From the NCBI GenBank assembly GCA_965214705.1, contig CBDCCI010000002.1:1536001-1600000 (forward strand): a stretch of 64,000 nucleotides of DNA. The letters run 5' to 3'. Position 1 is the stretch's first letter. Every line of letters begins with the position of its first letter. The position numbers and the translations under genes are program-made. The notes under the pieces were generated by a model that was given only the letters and a program-made list of their open reading frames with translations, did no database searches and was not told where the DNA came from. The stretch is from Alphaproteobacteria bacterium (GTDB lineage Bacteria > Pseudomonadota > Alphaproteobacteria > UBA828). Shown here one piece after another: positions 38,559 to 50,296 of this stretch.

Positions 38559-39516
38559 CACCGTGCGCCTTGCGGATGCGACGGCCACGGATTGGAGCAC
38601 CAAGCGCTGGGCGCGCTATCCGACAGAGCGAACCTACGGCGTGCCCTACGAATGCACTCCTTCGTTGAACACCTGCAAGCCGGACGCCATCAAGGCGGAA
38701 CTCCCGTCGTCTGCGCCGGAAGATTGGGACGGATGCCTCGACGGCCACCGCATGGGAGGCAGCGGAACCAGTGCAGCAAACCCCGCAGTGGCGGATCTCT
38801 TCACCACGCCGTCGGTCAATGCATTCTCTCAGGCGTACTATCCCTCCCTCTACGGGTTCCAATATGAGTGTTCTCCCTGGGACGCCATCGAAGACTACCC
38901 TTCCGATTTTTGGGACATGAGCTGCTACAATCCCTACGATCCCAACGACCTCCGTTCTGGCGATTATCGACCACAGTACGGTTGCGACGACACGGATCCG
39001 ACCATCCTTCCCTTGAGCACCGACCGCACCACCATCATCGGTGCCATAGACGGTCTCTCCGCCGACGGCTCGAAGACTTACTCCGCGCTCGGCGTGCTGT
39101 GGGGCCAACGCATGCTTCTGTCGTCGTGGCGGAGCGTGTGGGGAGGGACCGTTCATCCCGTGGACCCCGCCTCCGCCGACGGGAAGGGCGTCCGCAAGGT
39201 CATCGTTCTCCTCACCGACGGCTATGACTCCATCTGCGGTGACGATAATGTCGCCTGCACCGACAGCGCGATCGGCATATCGCGCACCGACGCGTGCACG
39301 CTGGCGAAGAACGCGGGGATCGAGATCTTTGTCGTGGCGGCCATGCACCCGGACTACGTCTCGACCGATTTCGGGACATCGCTGACCGAATGCTCCAGCG
39401 AATCCGACGACTCGGACGAAACTTACGCGTTTCTCAACAATGCGACCTCGGAGAGCCTTCAGACCGCGTTCGAGAGCATTGCGAACCAGTTGCGGGTCGT
39501 CCGGCGAACTCACTGA
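38559..39516 (+). pseudogene. TadG-like vWA protein, 3' part
   Basis: Cys-rich insert, GSKTYSALGVLWG, KVIVLLTDG, CTLAKNAGIEIFVV, LQTAFESIANQL; in frame with the 5' part once the element is removed. Confidence 0.82.
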
Positions 39517-39797
39517 CGTGCTCCGAAATCCCGCTTTCCTGGAATGCCCATGACCGGCCTCTGTGGGGCATCGCGCAGCGCGTTCGGGCGCCCGGACCAA
39601 TCAGCCATTGCTGTTGTTGGGCGCGCAATCTAGACCTAGCAGTAGCAAGAAGGTTCAAGAATTTGTGTTGCCGACAGGCGCACAACAACCGGGCTGAACA
39701 TCAGGCGGGAAATGGACCGTACCGGCATCAGCCCTTCATAGTCACCGGCGCGACTGCCCTCAGATAAGGCAAAGGCGTTCAGCCTCGGGAGTATTCA

Positions 39798-39998
39798 ATG
39801 GAAAACGACAATCTGCTTCTTTTTCTGCTGCAGCGCTTCCCCGGATTGAACGATGAGGAACTTTCCAGACTGTCCGGGTTGACGCCGACCCGGCGCGTCA
39901 AGCGAGTCTGCCGCGATCTGGAAAACCGCCAGCTTCTGGAGCGCAGAGCCGGGCACGAAGGCAAAATCGGAAACTATGTGCTCGGTTCCGAGTCGTAG
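39798..39998 (+). CDS. Small winged-helix DNA-binding protein (putative)
   Basis: 66 aa; PGLNDEELSRLSG...VKRVCRDLENRQLLERR pattern; RBS GGGAG. Confidence 0.55.
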   Translation: MENDNLLLFLLQRFPGLNDEELSRLSGLTPTRRVKRVCRDLENRQLLERRAGHEGKIGNYVLGSES

Positions 39999-40273
39999 TT
40001 CGTTTCGGTCAGGTTGAGCGCGGTGACCGAAGCGCGGGAAGCTATACGCTGCGTCACCAGCGTTCCGAGACAAAGCTCCCTTGGATGGCTGGCTCTATGA
40101 GCCATTCCACGAGGTCGTGCGCCAGCGGCAATGAGTGTGCTCCCGACGGAGATTTGCCACACGCGACCACGGCGGCTGGCACCTCTTGGATTTCGCGCGC
40201 CTGCGCGGGCGCACCACTGAAGCGGCGGGCCGCGATCGCGGCTTGTCACGCATCCGTCAAAGACGGACGCGCT

Positions 40274-41152
40274 CTATCTAGAGGGACCGTCTGCCGGTGC
40301 GAGCGCGACCCCGAGCCGCCCGGCGAGGTCCTGCACGAACTGCCAGGCCACGCGGCCCGACCGGGCGCCGCGGGTCATGCTCCACTCGATGGCTTCTGCG
40401 TGCAGGGTCTCGCGCTCGACGGCGAGGCCAAAATGATCGGCATAGCCCTCGACCATGGCGAAGAACGTCGCCTGATCGCACGGATGGAAGCCTAGCCAGA
40501 GCCCGAAGCGGTCCGAGAGCGAGACCGACTCCTCCACCGCCTCGCCGGGGTGGATCGCGGTCGAGCGCTCGTTGTCGATCATGTCGCGCGGCATCAGATG
40601 GCGCCGGTTCGAGGTCGCGTAGAAGAGCACGTTGTCGGGCCGGCCGCTGATGCCGCCCTCCAGCGCCGCCTTGAGCGACTTGTAGGTGGTGTCCTCGGAT
40701 TCGAAGGAGAGGTCGTCGCAGAAGAGCAGGCACTGGTGCGCGCTGCCGCGCAGGCGCCCGAGGAGGACCGGCAGAGAGGAAATCTCTTCCCGGTGAATCT
40801 CGATGAGCTTGAGGCCGCTTGTGGCGTCCGCCGCCACCACGCCGTGCGCAGCCTTGATGAGCGAGCTCTTGCCCATGCCCCGCGCGCCCCAGAGCAGGGC
40901 GTTGTTGGCCGGCAGGCCGCGAGCGAAGCGTTGGGTGTTGTCGAGCAGGATATCGCGCACCCGGTCGATGCCCTTGAGCAGCGATAGCTCAAGCCGGTTG
41001 ATCCGGGGCACGGCCTCGAGACGCGCGCCATCGGCATGCCAGACGAACCCATCTGCCGAGTCGAGGCCCGCGTCCTCTACCCCGGCCGGCGAGAGACGCT
41101 CCAGCGCTTCCGCGACCCGCTTGAGGAGGGGCGCCAACTCAGAGTCCGACAT
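40274..41152 (-). CDS. DUF815 family AAA+ ATPase
   Basis: LPANNALLWGARGMGKSSL, FCDDLSF, YATSNRRHL, SLSDRFGLWLGF, SGRVAWQF. Confidence 0.9.
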   Translation of the reverse strand: MSDSELAPLLKRVAEALERLSPAGVEDAGLDSADGFVWHADGARLEAVPRINRLELSLLKGIDRVRDILLDNTQRFARGLPANNALLWGARGMGKSSLIKAAHGVVAADATSGLKLIEIHREEISSLPVLLGRLRGSAHQCLLFCDDLSFESEDTTYKSLKAALEGGISGRPDNVLFYATSNRRHLMPRDMIDNERSTAIHPGEAVEESVSLSDRFGLWLGFHPCDQATFFAMVEGYADHFGLAVERETLHAEAIEWSMTRGARSGRVAWQFVQDLAGRLGVALAPADGPSR

Positions 41153-41229
41153 GAGTGCACCGGCTGGTTGAAAGGCGCGCGGACCCTAGCCTGGATGACT
41201 CGCCACTGTCACGGCCTGCGTCGCGGCGC

Positions 41230-44085
41230 CTATGCCTTGGGCGCGACGAAGGCGCGGGTGATCTCGACCGCTTCGGCGAGGCCGACGCGCTCCACCGCGA
41301 CGCCGGCCGGGAAGGCGCCCTTGAGCCGGCTCGGCAGCGCGGGGTCGAGCAGGACGAAGACACCGCGATCGTCCGCGCGGCGCACCAGCCTGCCGTAAGC
41401 CTGCCGGAGCCGCCCGCGCGTGAGCCGGTCGTCGTAGCGCCCGCCCCCAAAAACCCGCCGCCGCGCCTTGTGCAGGATGTCGGGGCGGGGCCACGGCACC
41501 CGGTCGAAGACGATGAGGCGGAGGCTCCGCCCCGGCACGTCGATGCCGTCCCGCATCGCGTCGGTGCCGAGCAGGCAGGCATCGGTCTCGCTGCGGAAGA
41601 TGTCGACCAGCGTGGTCGGGTCGAGCGGGTCCACGTGCTGGGCCCAGAGCGGGAGATTGGCCTCGTCCAGCGCACCGGCGATGCGTTCGTGCACCCCGCG
41701 CAGCCGTGCGATCGCGGTGAAGAGACCCAGAGCGCCACCGCCGGCGGCCGTGAAGAGCGCGCGGTAGGCCGCCGCCACCCGGTCGGGTGCGCCCCTTCTC
41801 ACGTCGGTCACCACCAGCACGCGGGTCTGCGCGCCGTAGTCGAAGGGGGAGGGCAGGGCGGCACGGATCGCCGGGGCCTTCAGGTGGCGCCCGCCCGTGG
41901 TCGCCTCGGCTGCGGCCCAGTCGTGCTCCGGATCGCCGCTGCCGTCCCGCAGGGTCGCCGAGGTGATGAGCGCGCCGTGGGAGCGGCCCGTGACGAAGGC
42001 GGCAAAGGGAATCGTCGGGTCCACGTGGTGGCGGTGCATGCCGACATCGACGTCGCGCCCGTCGATGCGGGAGATCGCGAACCAGTCGACGAAGCCTGTG
42101 GCATCCGGGGCGTCTTCCGCGTCCTGCGACAGCTCCTCGTCGGCGACGGGCGTGGCCGTCATGTCCGACAGCATGGCGCGCCACGAATCGAGCTGTTCGC
42201 CCACCCGGCGCTCGATGCCGCGCACCACGGCCTCGATGCGCTGGCGCTCGGCGGTCTCCAGGCTCTCGGCCTCGGCGTCGAGGTGCGCCGCAAGTGCCGC
42301 CGCGAGCCGGCCGAGGGGCCGGGCGATCCCGTCCAGTGCCGTCTCCAGCGCCGCCGCGGCGTCGGCGATACCAGGAATGAGCGGGTGCACCGGCGCTTCG
42401 ATGCTGTAGCCGCTCCGGGGCTCCGGCGCCCGCGCCATGACCTGGTCCCGCGCCAGCGCGAGGAAGCGCTCGCACGGCCCCTGCGCCGAGCCGGACGCGA
42501 GCCGCTGGTGCCACTCGTTGCCGGGCAGCGCGTGCGCCGCCTTCAATGCGTCGTCGAGGGCCTCGCGCGCCGCCTCGCGGTCCGCGATCAGGTCCTCGAT
42601 CCGGCTGCGCAAGCCCCGCGCGCGGCCGCCATCGCCGCGGCCCCGCGATTCCGGCCCCAGCAGCCAACGCCTGAGCTCCCGCGTCTCGCTGCCGGAGAGA
42701 TGGGCGGAGAAGGCGCTGTCCGCCGCGTCGAAGAGATGGTGCCCCTCGTCGAGCACATAGCGGGACGGCACGCTCCGCTCGTCGCCGGTGCCGAAGACCG
42801 CGCGCGCCGCCTGCACCATGAGCAGCGCGTGGTTGGCGATCACCATGTCCGCCCGCCGCGCCTTGCGCTGGCTCTTCTCGATGAAGCAGCGGCGATAGTG
42901 GGTGCAGGCGCTGTGGATGCATTCGCCGCGGCGATCCGCGAGGCCGAGGGTGCGGCCGTAGCCGAGCAGGTCGGCGAGCCAGGCCGGCAGGTCGCCGCCG
43001 GTGATGTCGCCGTCCCGCGTCGCCGCCGCCCAGCGGGCCATGAGGCCCAAAGCGATGCGGTCTCCGGTCATCAGCGCGCTGCGGCCGAGCGCCTCCTCCA
43101 TGTTGAGCAGGCAGAGATAGTTCTCGCGGCCCTTGCGCAGCACCACCTTCTCGGCCTTGACCCTGGGCTCCGGGTAGAGCCGGTCGAGCTCCTGGTCGAT
43201 CTGGCGCTGCAGGTTGCGGGTGAATGTGGAGAGCCAGACCGTGCCCTCGTTGCGCTCGGCCCAGAGGCTCGCCGGCGCGATGTAGCCGAGGGTCTTGCCG
43301 ACCCCGGTGCCGGCCTCGGCCAGCACAACGTGGGGCTCTTCCTCCGCCTCGATGGGATCGAACGCGGCGCACGCGGCCGACGCATAGTCCGCCTGCTCGG
43401 GCCTGGGCTCGGCGCCTTCGCCCAGCAGGTGCGCGAGTCGCTGCCGCGCGGCTGCGGTCGGCACCGGGTCGTGGCCGGGCGCCGGTGGCGGTGCACTCTC
43501 CTGCCACTCCTTGAGCCGGGTCCAGACCGCGAGCGCGCCGCCGTCGCCGGTGCGGCCCGCGCCCGCTGCGGAGCGTCCGCCCGCTGCCAGCGCCGCCACC
43601 GCCGCATCGCCCCAGAGCCAGCCGGCGCGGGCCATGGTGCGCGCAATGGCGGGCGCGTCCTTCTCGCCCGCGAGGCCCGGTGCCGAGAGTGCGGCGAGCA
43701 GGGTCTCGGCCGCCCTGAGCAGGGTCGATGCTTCGTCCTCGATGCTCGCGGGCAGCGGGAGCCCCAGCGCCCGTGCGAGTCCCCGCACCGTGGGCACGGC
43801 CTGCCGCGCCGGATGGACGAAGGCGAAGAGCTCCAGCACGTCGAGCGCCGCCAGCGTGTGCAGGCCGAGCCGGCGCGCGGTCGCCTTGGCGTGGCAGACG
43901 TAGGGCGGGCGGCCGTCGGCGGCCAGGCGCTCGGCTGCGTCCTTGTGGGTGAGCCGCGCGAGCGCGCCGTGCTCGTCCAGCCAGGCCGCGTGGCGCGGCG
44001 CCACCGCGAGCACGGGCGCGCGCGGCAGCAGCGGCGGCGCGGATGGCGCTGGGGAAGGCTCGGGTGACTCGAGGGGCGCCGGCAT
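41230..44085 (-). CDS. dinG: DinG/XPD-family ATP-dependent helicase
   Basis: PRPEQ Q-motif, AGTGVGKT, Fe-S cysteines (YLC...ECIHSAC...C), [30 protein letters not shown]. Confidence 0.9.
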   Translation of the reverse strand: MPAPLESPEPSPAPSAPPLLPRAPVLAVAPRHAAWLDEHGALARLTHKDAAERLAADGRPPYVCHAKATARRLGLHTLAALDVLELFAFVHPARQAVPTVRGLARALGLPLPASIEDEASTLLRAAETLLAALSAPGLAGEKDAPAIARTMARAGWLWGDAAVAALAAGGRSAAGAGRTGDGGALAVWTRLKEWQESAPPPAPGHDPVPTAAARQRLAHLLGEGAEPRPEQADYASAACAAFDPIEAEEEPHVVLAEAGTGVGKTLGYIAPASLWAERNEGTVWLSTFTRNLQRQIDQELDRLYPEPRVKAEKVVLRKGRENYLCLLNMEEALGRSALMTGDRIALGLMARWAAATRDGDITGGDLPAWLADLLGYGRTLGLADRRGECIHSACTHYRRCFIEKSQRKARRADMVIANHALLMVQAARAVFGTGDERSVPSRYVLDEGHHLFDAADSAFSAHLSGSETRELRRWLLGPESRGRGDGGRARGLRSRIEDLIADREAAREALDDALKAAHALPGNEWHQRLASGSAQGPCERFLALARDQVMARAPEPRSGYSIEAPVHPLIPGIADAAAALETALDGIARPLGRLAAALAAHLDAEAESLETAERQRIEAVVRGIERRVGEQLDSWRAMLSDMTATPVADEELSQDAEDAPDATGFVDWFAISRIDGRDVDVGMHRHHVDPTIPFAAFVTGRSHGALITSATLRDGSGDPEHDWAAAEATTGGRHLKAPAIRAALPSPFDYGAQTRVLVVTDVRRGAPDRVAAAYRALFTAAGGGALGLFTAIARLRGVHERIAGALDEANLPLWAQHVDPLDPTTLVDIFRSETDACLLGTDAMRDGIDVPGRSLRLIVFDRVPWPRPDILHKARRRVFGGGRYDDRLTRGRLRQAYGRLVRRADDRGVFVLLDPALPSRLKGAFPAGVAVERVGLAEAVEITRAFVAPKA

Positions 44086-44156
44086 CGGGCGGCAGTATAG
44101 CGGTTGACGCGCGCCGGCGGCCCGGCGCATGTTCCGCCCGCTTCCGGACCGGGACG

Positions 44157-45752
44157 ATGAACGAGACCTCACACGACCTGCGGGCGCTGGCCCAGAACGC
44201 CAAGGCCTGGCCTTTCAAGGAGGCTGCGGCGCTCCTGAAGCGCATCGGCGGCACGACGCCGGCGAAGGGCTACGCGCTGTTCGAGACCGGCTACGGCCCC
44301 TCCGGCCTGCCCCATATCGGCACCTTCGCCGAGGTCGCACGCACGACCATGGTGCGCCACGCCTTCGCGACGCTTTGCGACATCCCGACGCGCCTCGTCG
44401 CCTTCTCGGACGACATGGATGCGCTGCGCAAGGTGCCGGACAACATCCCCGAGCGGGCGATGGTCGAGCAGCATCTAGGCAAGCCGCTGACGCAGATCCC
44501 GGACCCCTTCGGCACCCACGAGAGCTTCGGGGCGCACAACAACGCGCGTCTGCGCGCCTTCCTCGACGACTTCGGCTTCGACTACTCCTTCAAGAGCTCG
44601 AGCGAGGCCTATCGCTCGGGCGAGTTCGACGGCGCGCTCATGGACGTGCTGCGTCACTACGACGAGATCATGCGGATCATCCTGCCGACGCTGGGGGCGG
44701 AGCGGCAGGCGACCTACAGCCCCTTCCTGCCGCTTTGCCCGAAGACCGGCCGCGTGCTGCAGGTGACCATCACCGCGCGCGACGAGGACGCGGGCACCGT
44801 GAGCTACGTCGACGAGGACGGCGAGACCATGACGGTCCCGGTCACCGGCGGCCGGTGCAAGCTGCAGTGGAAGGCGGACTGGGCCATGCGCTGGCATGCG
44901 CTCGGCGTTGACTACGAAATGGCGGGCAAAGACCTGATCAGCTCCGTCGAGCTCTCGGGCAAGATCTGCCGCGCGCTGGGCTCAAAGCCGCCCGCCGGCT
45001 TCATCTATGAGCTCTTCCTCGACGAGAGCGGCGAGAAGATATCGAAGTCGCGCGGCAACGGCCTCGCCATCGAGGAGTGGCTCACCTACGGGCCGCGCGA
45101 TTCGCTCTCGCTCTACATGTACAACGCGCCGAGGCGGGCCAAGCGGCTCTACTTCGACGTGATCCCACGCCACGTCGACGATTACCTGACCCACCTCGCG
45201 AAGTACCCGGAGCAGGAGGAGGCCGAGCGGCTCGAGAGCCCGGCCTGGCATATTCACGCGGGCCACCCGCCCGCGCCCGAGAGCGGATTGAGCTACGGCA
45301 TCCTTCTCAACCTCGCGAGCGTCTGCAATACCGAGGACCCCGCCGTGCTCTGGGGCTTCATCACCCGCTACGTGCCCGGCGCCTCGTCGGAGACCGAGCC
45401 CATCCTCGACGCGCTGGTAGGCCACGCCATCGCCTATTACCGCGACAGGGTGAAGCCGACGAAGGCGTATCGGGCGCCGCTGCCGGAGGAGCGGGCGGCG
45501 CTCGACGACCTGCGTACCGTGCTCGCCGCAATGCCGGCGGATGCGAGCGCCGAGGATATCCAGACCGAGGTCTACGAGGTGGGCAAGCGCCACCCGTTCG
45601 AGTCATTGCGCGAGTGGTTCCGCGCGCTCTATGAGATTCTCCTGGGCCAGAGCCAGGGCCCGCGCATGGGCTCGTTCATTGCGCTCTACGGGCTCTCGGA
45701 GACGGTCGCGCTGATTGACCGGGCGCTGGCTGGCGAGGACCTGGCGGCCTGA
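44157..45752 (+). CDS. lysS: Lysine--tRNA ligase (class I)
   Basis: [42 protein letters not shown]. Confidence 0.95.
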   Translation: MNETSHDLRALAQNAKAWPFKEAAALLKRIGGTTPAKGYALFETGYGPSGLPHIGTFAEVARTTMVRHAFATLCDIPTRLVAFSDDMDALRKVPDNIPERAMVEQHLGKPLTQIPDPFGTHESFGAHNNARLRAFLDDFGFDYSFKSSSEAYRSGEFDGALMDVLRHYDEIMRIILPTLGAERQATYSPFLPLCPKTGRVLQVTITARDEDAGTVSYVDEDGETMTVPVTGGRCKLQWKADWAMRWHALGVDYEMAGKDLISSVELSGKICRALGSKPPAGFIYELFLDESGEKISKSRGNGLAIEEWLTYGPRDSLSLYMYNAPRRAKRLYFDVIPRHVDDYLTHLAKYPEQEEAERLESPAWHIHAGHPPAPESGLSYGILLNLASVCNTEDPAVLWGFITRYVPGASSETEPILDALVGHAIAYYRDRVKPTKAYRAPLPEERAALDDLRTVLAAMPADASAEDIQTEVYEVGKRHPFESLREWFRALYEILLGQSQGPRMGSFIALYGLSETVALIDRALAGEDLAA

Positions 45753-46009
45753 GCAGTACAGCGGCATCCCAAGCGTCCCTTCGACCTCGGCCTCCCTGTT
45801 GGGGCTAGGTGAGAATAGAGCCACTCCAACTCTTCTTCTTTCAAACATCTAACCTGATTTTGGCTGCTGATTGCGGCAAATGAACCGGCATGATTTGTAA
45901 AATATAATCTGGATATCGATGCGGAATGGTGCTATATTAATTGGCGGAGACTGATACCACGACACTCGTTGTATTACGTTAATGTAGGTCTATTGCAAGA
46001 TCATGGTAA

Positions 46010-47284
46010 ATGCCCGGTATATCTAAATTCACTCGCCCAGCGTTCAGAAAACGCATTGCCATACTGGCACCCAGTCTAGCTGGGCAAGGGGCCGAGAGGA
46101 AGGCACTGTATATTGGAGCCGGACTGCTTGAGCGAGGCCACGAAGTCGATCTTCTCCTCTATCGACTCGTCTGCCACTATCCTGAAGAAGTACCGGATGG
46201 GGTACGTATCTTCTATGCTTCAGGCCGAAACGACAGTAGAACGCGTTTGAATTTGGATCGAATCACTGCGATCCATCGGCCTTTCGTGTCCGATCCTCTT
46301 CCTTGGCACATTCGCCTTCCACGTCTGGGAACGGCGAACCGTCTGTCGCGCAAGCAATTGCCGCTGCTCACGAGTACGAGACTACCTCGATGGGCCGTTT
46401 GCATCGCCGCATACATGGATCGAGAGAACCCGGACGCGCTTCTGGCCATGCACGTTCTCGCGACAACAGCAACAGCAATGGCAAGGCATCTCACTTCCCA
46501 CAGGGCGAAAACGGTAGCCTCGCTGCACGGACCGTTAACACGCCGACTTCTGCATCGAGCGCGCCGCTCGTATCCCTACGCGGATGAGGTTGTTGGAGTC
46601 TCTCATGGTATAACGGGCGAGTTTTCCAAAATCCCAGGCTTGTCAGATGATCGGGTTCACACTATTTACAATCCCATTGACATCGACTATATAAAACGCA
46701 AATCGAGAGAACGGATTAGCCATCGTTGGCTTGTTAGTTCTGACTGTCCAGTCATAGTGGCCATCGGTAAGTTGATTAAGAGGAAGGGTTTTGCCACTCT
46801 TCTTCGCGCCTTCGCGCGTCTCGTGTCCAAGCGGAAGGCCCGATTGATCGTTCTCGGAGAAGGTCGCTTTCGATCAAACCTGCTTTCGTTAGCAAATGGG
46901 CTAGACGTCGCTGAGTGTGTCGATTTTCCGGGTTTCGCAGAAAATCCTTTCGCCTTTCTCGCAACAGCCGATTTATTCGTTCTCTCATCCCGAAACGAGG
47001 GGCTTCCTACCGTTCTCATCGAAGCGATGGTTTGCGGATGCCCGGTCGTCAGCACGGACTGTGACTTTGGGCCCAGGGAAATTCTGGAAGACGGCCGCCA
47101 TGGGCCTCTGGTACCCGTGGGAGAGCCGGAGGCACTTGCAGGCGCCATGCTCTCCGTTCTGGACAACCCGCCGCGGCGCGAGGCGCTGCAGACTCGAGCA
47201 GAATTCTTCAACGCCGCTCGGGCAGTAGACCGCTACGAAGAGCTGCTGTTGGGTGAGGAACGCTCGGTAGAACAGCGAGCGTGA
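46010..47284 (+). CDS. Glycosyltransferase family 4
   Basis: GQGAERKA, IYNPID, LFVLSSRNEGLPTVLIEAM.CGCPVVSTDC. Confidence 0.88.
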   Translation: MPGISKFTRPAFRKRIAILAPSLAGQGAERKALYIGAGLLERGHEVDLLLYRLVCHYPEEVPDGVRIFYASGRNDSRTRLNLDRITAIHRPFVSDPLPWHIRLPRLGTANRLSRKQLPLLTSTRLPRWAVCIAAYMDRENPDALLAMHVLATTATAMARHLTSHRAKTVASLHGPLTRRLLHRARRSYPYADEVVGVSHGITGEFSKIPGLSDDRVHTIYNPIDIDYIKRKSRERISHRWLVSSDCPVIVAIGKLIKRKGFATLLRAFARLVSKRKARLIVLGEGRFRSNLLSLANGLDVAECVDFPGFAENPFAFLATADLFVLSSRNEGLPTVLIEAMVCGCPVVSTDCDFGPREILEDGRHGPLVPVGEPEALAGAMLSVLDNPPRREALQTRAEFFNAARAVDRYEELLLGEERSVEQRA

Positions 47285-47366
47285 ACCTCGCGAGATCGGC
47301 GGCCTCCTCGTCCGTCATTGGGTCGATCCGTTCGAGCGTTCTAAATTTAGCTCGTAAGTAAAGTGT

Positions 47367-48419
47367 ATGGTCCGGATCTCCGATATTTGTGTTGTCGCGC
47401 CGCACTTCAAGCGCCGATACTCGGGCGTGACCAGCACGATCATTCAGTTAATTCCCAAACAAGCAGAAAAAGTCGGAATTGCCACGCTGGGGCCGGGCTT
47501 GCCCAACGGTCTTCCCAAGATCGCTTGGTGGCAGATGCCCTTGCTCCTCAAGCGACCGCGCCAGCGCCCCCTCCGCATTTGGCACGCCCGGCGAAATAAC
47601 GAGATGCTGATTGGGTTGTTCCTGAAAACCGCCTTTCGAGCACCGTTGACGCTCGTTTTCACCTCTGCCGCGCAGCGTTCGCGCAGTTGGTTCAGCCGGT
47701 TCCTGATATCGCGAATGGACACTGTTATTGCAACCAGCGGTTCATCTGGACAAACCTTGGCAGTGCCCCACACCGTTGTCATGCATGGAGTGGATTGTGC
47801 GCGATTTCGCCCGCCCGTGTGCCTGGACGATCATTGGAAACGAAGCGGATTGCCAGGTCGGTACGCAATCGGGTGTTTTGGCCGTATGCGATATCTGAAA
47901 GGAACCGATCTCTTCGTCGACGCGATGGTTCACCTGTTGCCAGATTATCCGGACTGGACTGCTGTGCTGGCGGGGAGAGTAACCCGTCGGAACCGTGAGT
48001 TCTATGAAACATTACTACGTCGCATCGCGCGTGCAGACTTGGAGAGGCGGATCGTATTTCTGGGAGAAGTATCTGATGCAGATCTTTGGTTTCGGCGGTT
48101 GACGTTACATGTTTCACCTTCGCGATATGAGGGCTTCGGACTGACCCCGCTCGAGGCCATGGCTTCTCAAACCGCGGTCGTGGCGAGCGACGCCGGATCG
48201 TATCCGGAAATGATCGTGGAGGGTGTAACAGGGACTGTCGTACCAGCCGGGGACGGCGACGCACTCGTCGAGGCAATCAGACGCTATATGGCAGATCCTG
48301 AACTTGCGGCCGTACATGGACGCGACGGTCGCGAACATGTGTGTGAGAACTTCCCTGTCGAGAAGGAAATGAGCGGCATTAACGCCGTTTACGATCGGAT
48401 TTGGCGAGACAGCAAATGA
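47367..48419 (+). CDS. LPS core glycosyltransferase, GT4 (LpcC-like mannosyltransferase)
   Basis: FKRRYSGVTSTI, IWHARRNNEM, FTSAAQR, KGTDLFVDAM, EGFGLTPLEAMAS. Confidence 0.88.
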   Translation: MVRISDICVVAPHFKRRYSGVTSTIIQLIPKQAEKVGIATLGPGLPNGLPKIAWWQMPLLLKRPRQRPLRIWHARRNNEMLIGLFLKTAFRAPLTLVFTSAAQRSRSWFSRFLISRMDTVIATSGSSGQTLAVPHTVVMHGVDCARFRPPVCLDDHWKRSGLPGRYAIGCFGRMRYLKGTDLFVDAMVHLLPDYPDWTAVLAGRVTRRNREFYETLLRRIARADLERRIVFLGEVSDADLWFRRLTLHVSPSRYEGFGLTPLEAMASQTAVVASDAGSYPEMIVEGVTGTVVPAGDGDALVEAIRRYMADPELAAVHGRDGREHVCENFPVEKEMSGINAVYDRIWRDSK

Positions 48420-48442
48420 GCTTCGTGAAGTGCCCCCGCCGG

Positions 48443-50119
48443 GGTGTGATTCTCGTATGGCGATATGCCAGTCGTGATGGCGCTAAAGGATATGGGCTGG
48501 TTCATTTTGGTCAAGCAGCGAGTGCCAGGACTTCGGTTGGGCTGATGTTGTCGTTAGCTGGTCCGGATCGGGCGTCCATGAGCGCATCCCATGCCCGGTC
48601 GAAGAGGCCGGATTTGATCAGGGCGCGGAAGGTCAGAACCGCCTGCCCGCCGTCGATCCGCCAGCGCATGCCCGAGCGTTTCAAGCGCTGCGCGACGAGG
48701 GTCTTGCAGGCCGCCTCGACCACACCCGAGCCGATGGCGATGCCCTCTTCCTTCAGGGCGTGGTAGCGCATCCGATGGCGGTGCTTTCGGAAGAAGGCCA
48801 GCTCGCGCTCGATCTCGGCCGGGTCCCCCTTTGCCCTGTCCAGGAGGTAGCGCAGTGCCCGGATCACCTTGTCGACGCCGCGGGGGTCGTGGCGCAGGAT
48901 TTCGCGGTGCTTCTCGAACCAGTGGCGCGCCACCGCATGGTCAGAGGCCACGCGGAGATGCTCGCAAGCGTGCCAGAAGTCGATGACCTCGGTCTCGGGC
49001 GAGAGGCTTTCGAGGAAGGTCCAGTTGTCGGCGGCCCCGTCGGCGACGGCGCCGATCCTGATCTTCGGGCTCACACGGCGGATATGGGCGACCTCGCTTG
49101 CAAGTTGCGCTTTCAGCGCGGCCTTGCCGCTCTCGGGCATACGGCCGAGATAGAGGGTCTTCAGCCGTTGGCCCTCGGCGTCGTGGAAGGAGACCGTGCC
49201 GCAAGAGGCCTCGCGCCAGCACGCCTCGGCACGGCCGTCCTCGCCGGCCCGCAGCGCCACCATGACGCCGTCAAGGGAGACGGACGCGGTGACCGCATCG
49301 GGCGGTATGCCCTGGGTTTCACGGATGCTGGCCAGCGTCTCCGGGGCGACGCTCTCCCAGTGCTCATGCATGCTCAGGGCCAGGCGCTGCAGCGTGCTCA
49401 CCGACGGCGTCATTCCGCCCATTTTCGCGAAGAACTCCTCCGCTTCACGCGGCGTACAGTGGCCCATCATCATCAGCCCGAGCTGCGCCGCCGGCCGCGT
49501 CAGGTAGTCGTCGATGAGGCCCAGGCTCTCGTCCACCGGCACCAGCGACGTGCTGCTCGCGCCGCTGCGATAGCGCGCACGCCGATAGGTCACGGGACCG
49601 AGCGTCGTCATGATCGTCTTCGGCGTCGCCGCCACCCGGACCCAGCTCTGTCCGTCGCGCTCGATCCGGCTCGCACCGTCGTCGCGGCTCTCGGCGAAGG
49701 CCCCAAGGAGCTTGCAACCCAAGCCGTTCATGGCGTCCCGCAGCCCCGTCTCAACCGTTTCGAACGTCTCGGCAGACGGGTCAGACCCAGCCTGTTCGCG
49801 ACAGAACTCCACCACCTGGGCGACCGCTTCGGCGACTTCGGCAGGCAGGCCCAAAAGGTCGATGGACGAGGCGATGAGAGACTGCGACACTGGCATGGGA
49901 ACGCTCCTGATGTTGGGTCTGATGTTGGGTTGTCGGCGCGGCATCCTACCGCATCTCGCGGTGCGGAGCGTTCCCACCCACCACTGCTGGATGCCGCCGT
50001 TGTGACAAAATCCGGCCCTGCACCGGCCGATTGTCACGAAAACCCGATTCTGGCTGCCTACGGCCACCCGCCAATCGCGCTAAATCAATGACTTACGATC
50101 GCCATGCCAGACCTACACC
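48443..50119 (-). mobile_element. ISKra4-like (prokaryotic Mutator-type) insertion sequence
   Basis: Imperfect IRs GGTGTGATTCTCGTATGGCGAT / ATCGCCATGCCAGACCTACACC; direct repeat CCCCGCCGG at 48434-48442 and 50120-50128 (boundary ambiguous by 1 bp). Confidence 0.85.
48511..49896 (-). CDS. ISKra4/ISLre2-like DDE transposase
   Basis: SLDGVMV, VADGAADNW, IDFWHACEHL (DxxH), IGSGVVEAACK, RLKRSGMRW. Confidence 0.88.
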   Translation of the reverse strand: MPVSQSLIASSIDLLGLPAEVAEAVAQVVEFCREQAGSDPSAETFETVETGLRDAMNGLGCKLLGAFAESRDDGASRIERDGQSWVRVAATPKTIMTTLGPVTYRRARYRSGASSTSLVPVDESLGLIDDYLTRPAAQLGLMMMGHCTPREAEEFFAKMGGMTPSVSTLQRLALSMHEHWESVAPETLASIRETQGIPPDAVTASVSLDGVMVALRAGEDGRAEACWREASCGTVSFHDAEGQRLKTLYLGRMPESGKAALKAQLASEVAHIRRVSPKIRIGAVADGAADNWTFLESLSPETEVIDFWHACEHLRVASDHAVARHWFEKHREILRHDPRGVDKVIRALRYLLDRAKGDPAEIERELAFFRKHRHRMRYHALKEEGIAIGSGVVEAACKTLVAQRLKRSGMRWRIDGGQAVLTFRALIKSGLFDRAWDALMDARSGPANDNISPTEVLALAA

Positions 50120-50296
50120 CCCCGCCGGCCATGGCTGACCGTTTCCCGCATTTCTCGGAATTCCGCTCATGGCAATCGTCTGGCGAGGGAGTCGAGAGCC
50201 CGGCCTGGCACGGCTTTCTGCCACGAAGGATCGACGGCGTGTGCCGAACCTTGATCATCAATTTCGTCACGAAGGAATGGCGTAACCGTCACGAGT

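Noticed and set aside
41155-44254. 970-aa plus-strand and 1022-aa alternative-frame ORFs over dinG
   Set aside because: Arg/Ala/Gly-rich shadow ORFs with no motifs.
45753-46009. tRNA or other RNA gene at the islet border
   Set aside because: No cloverleaf or other recognisable RNA motif seen.
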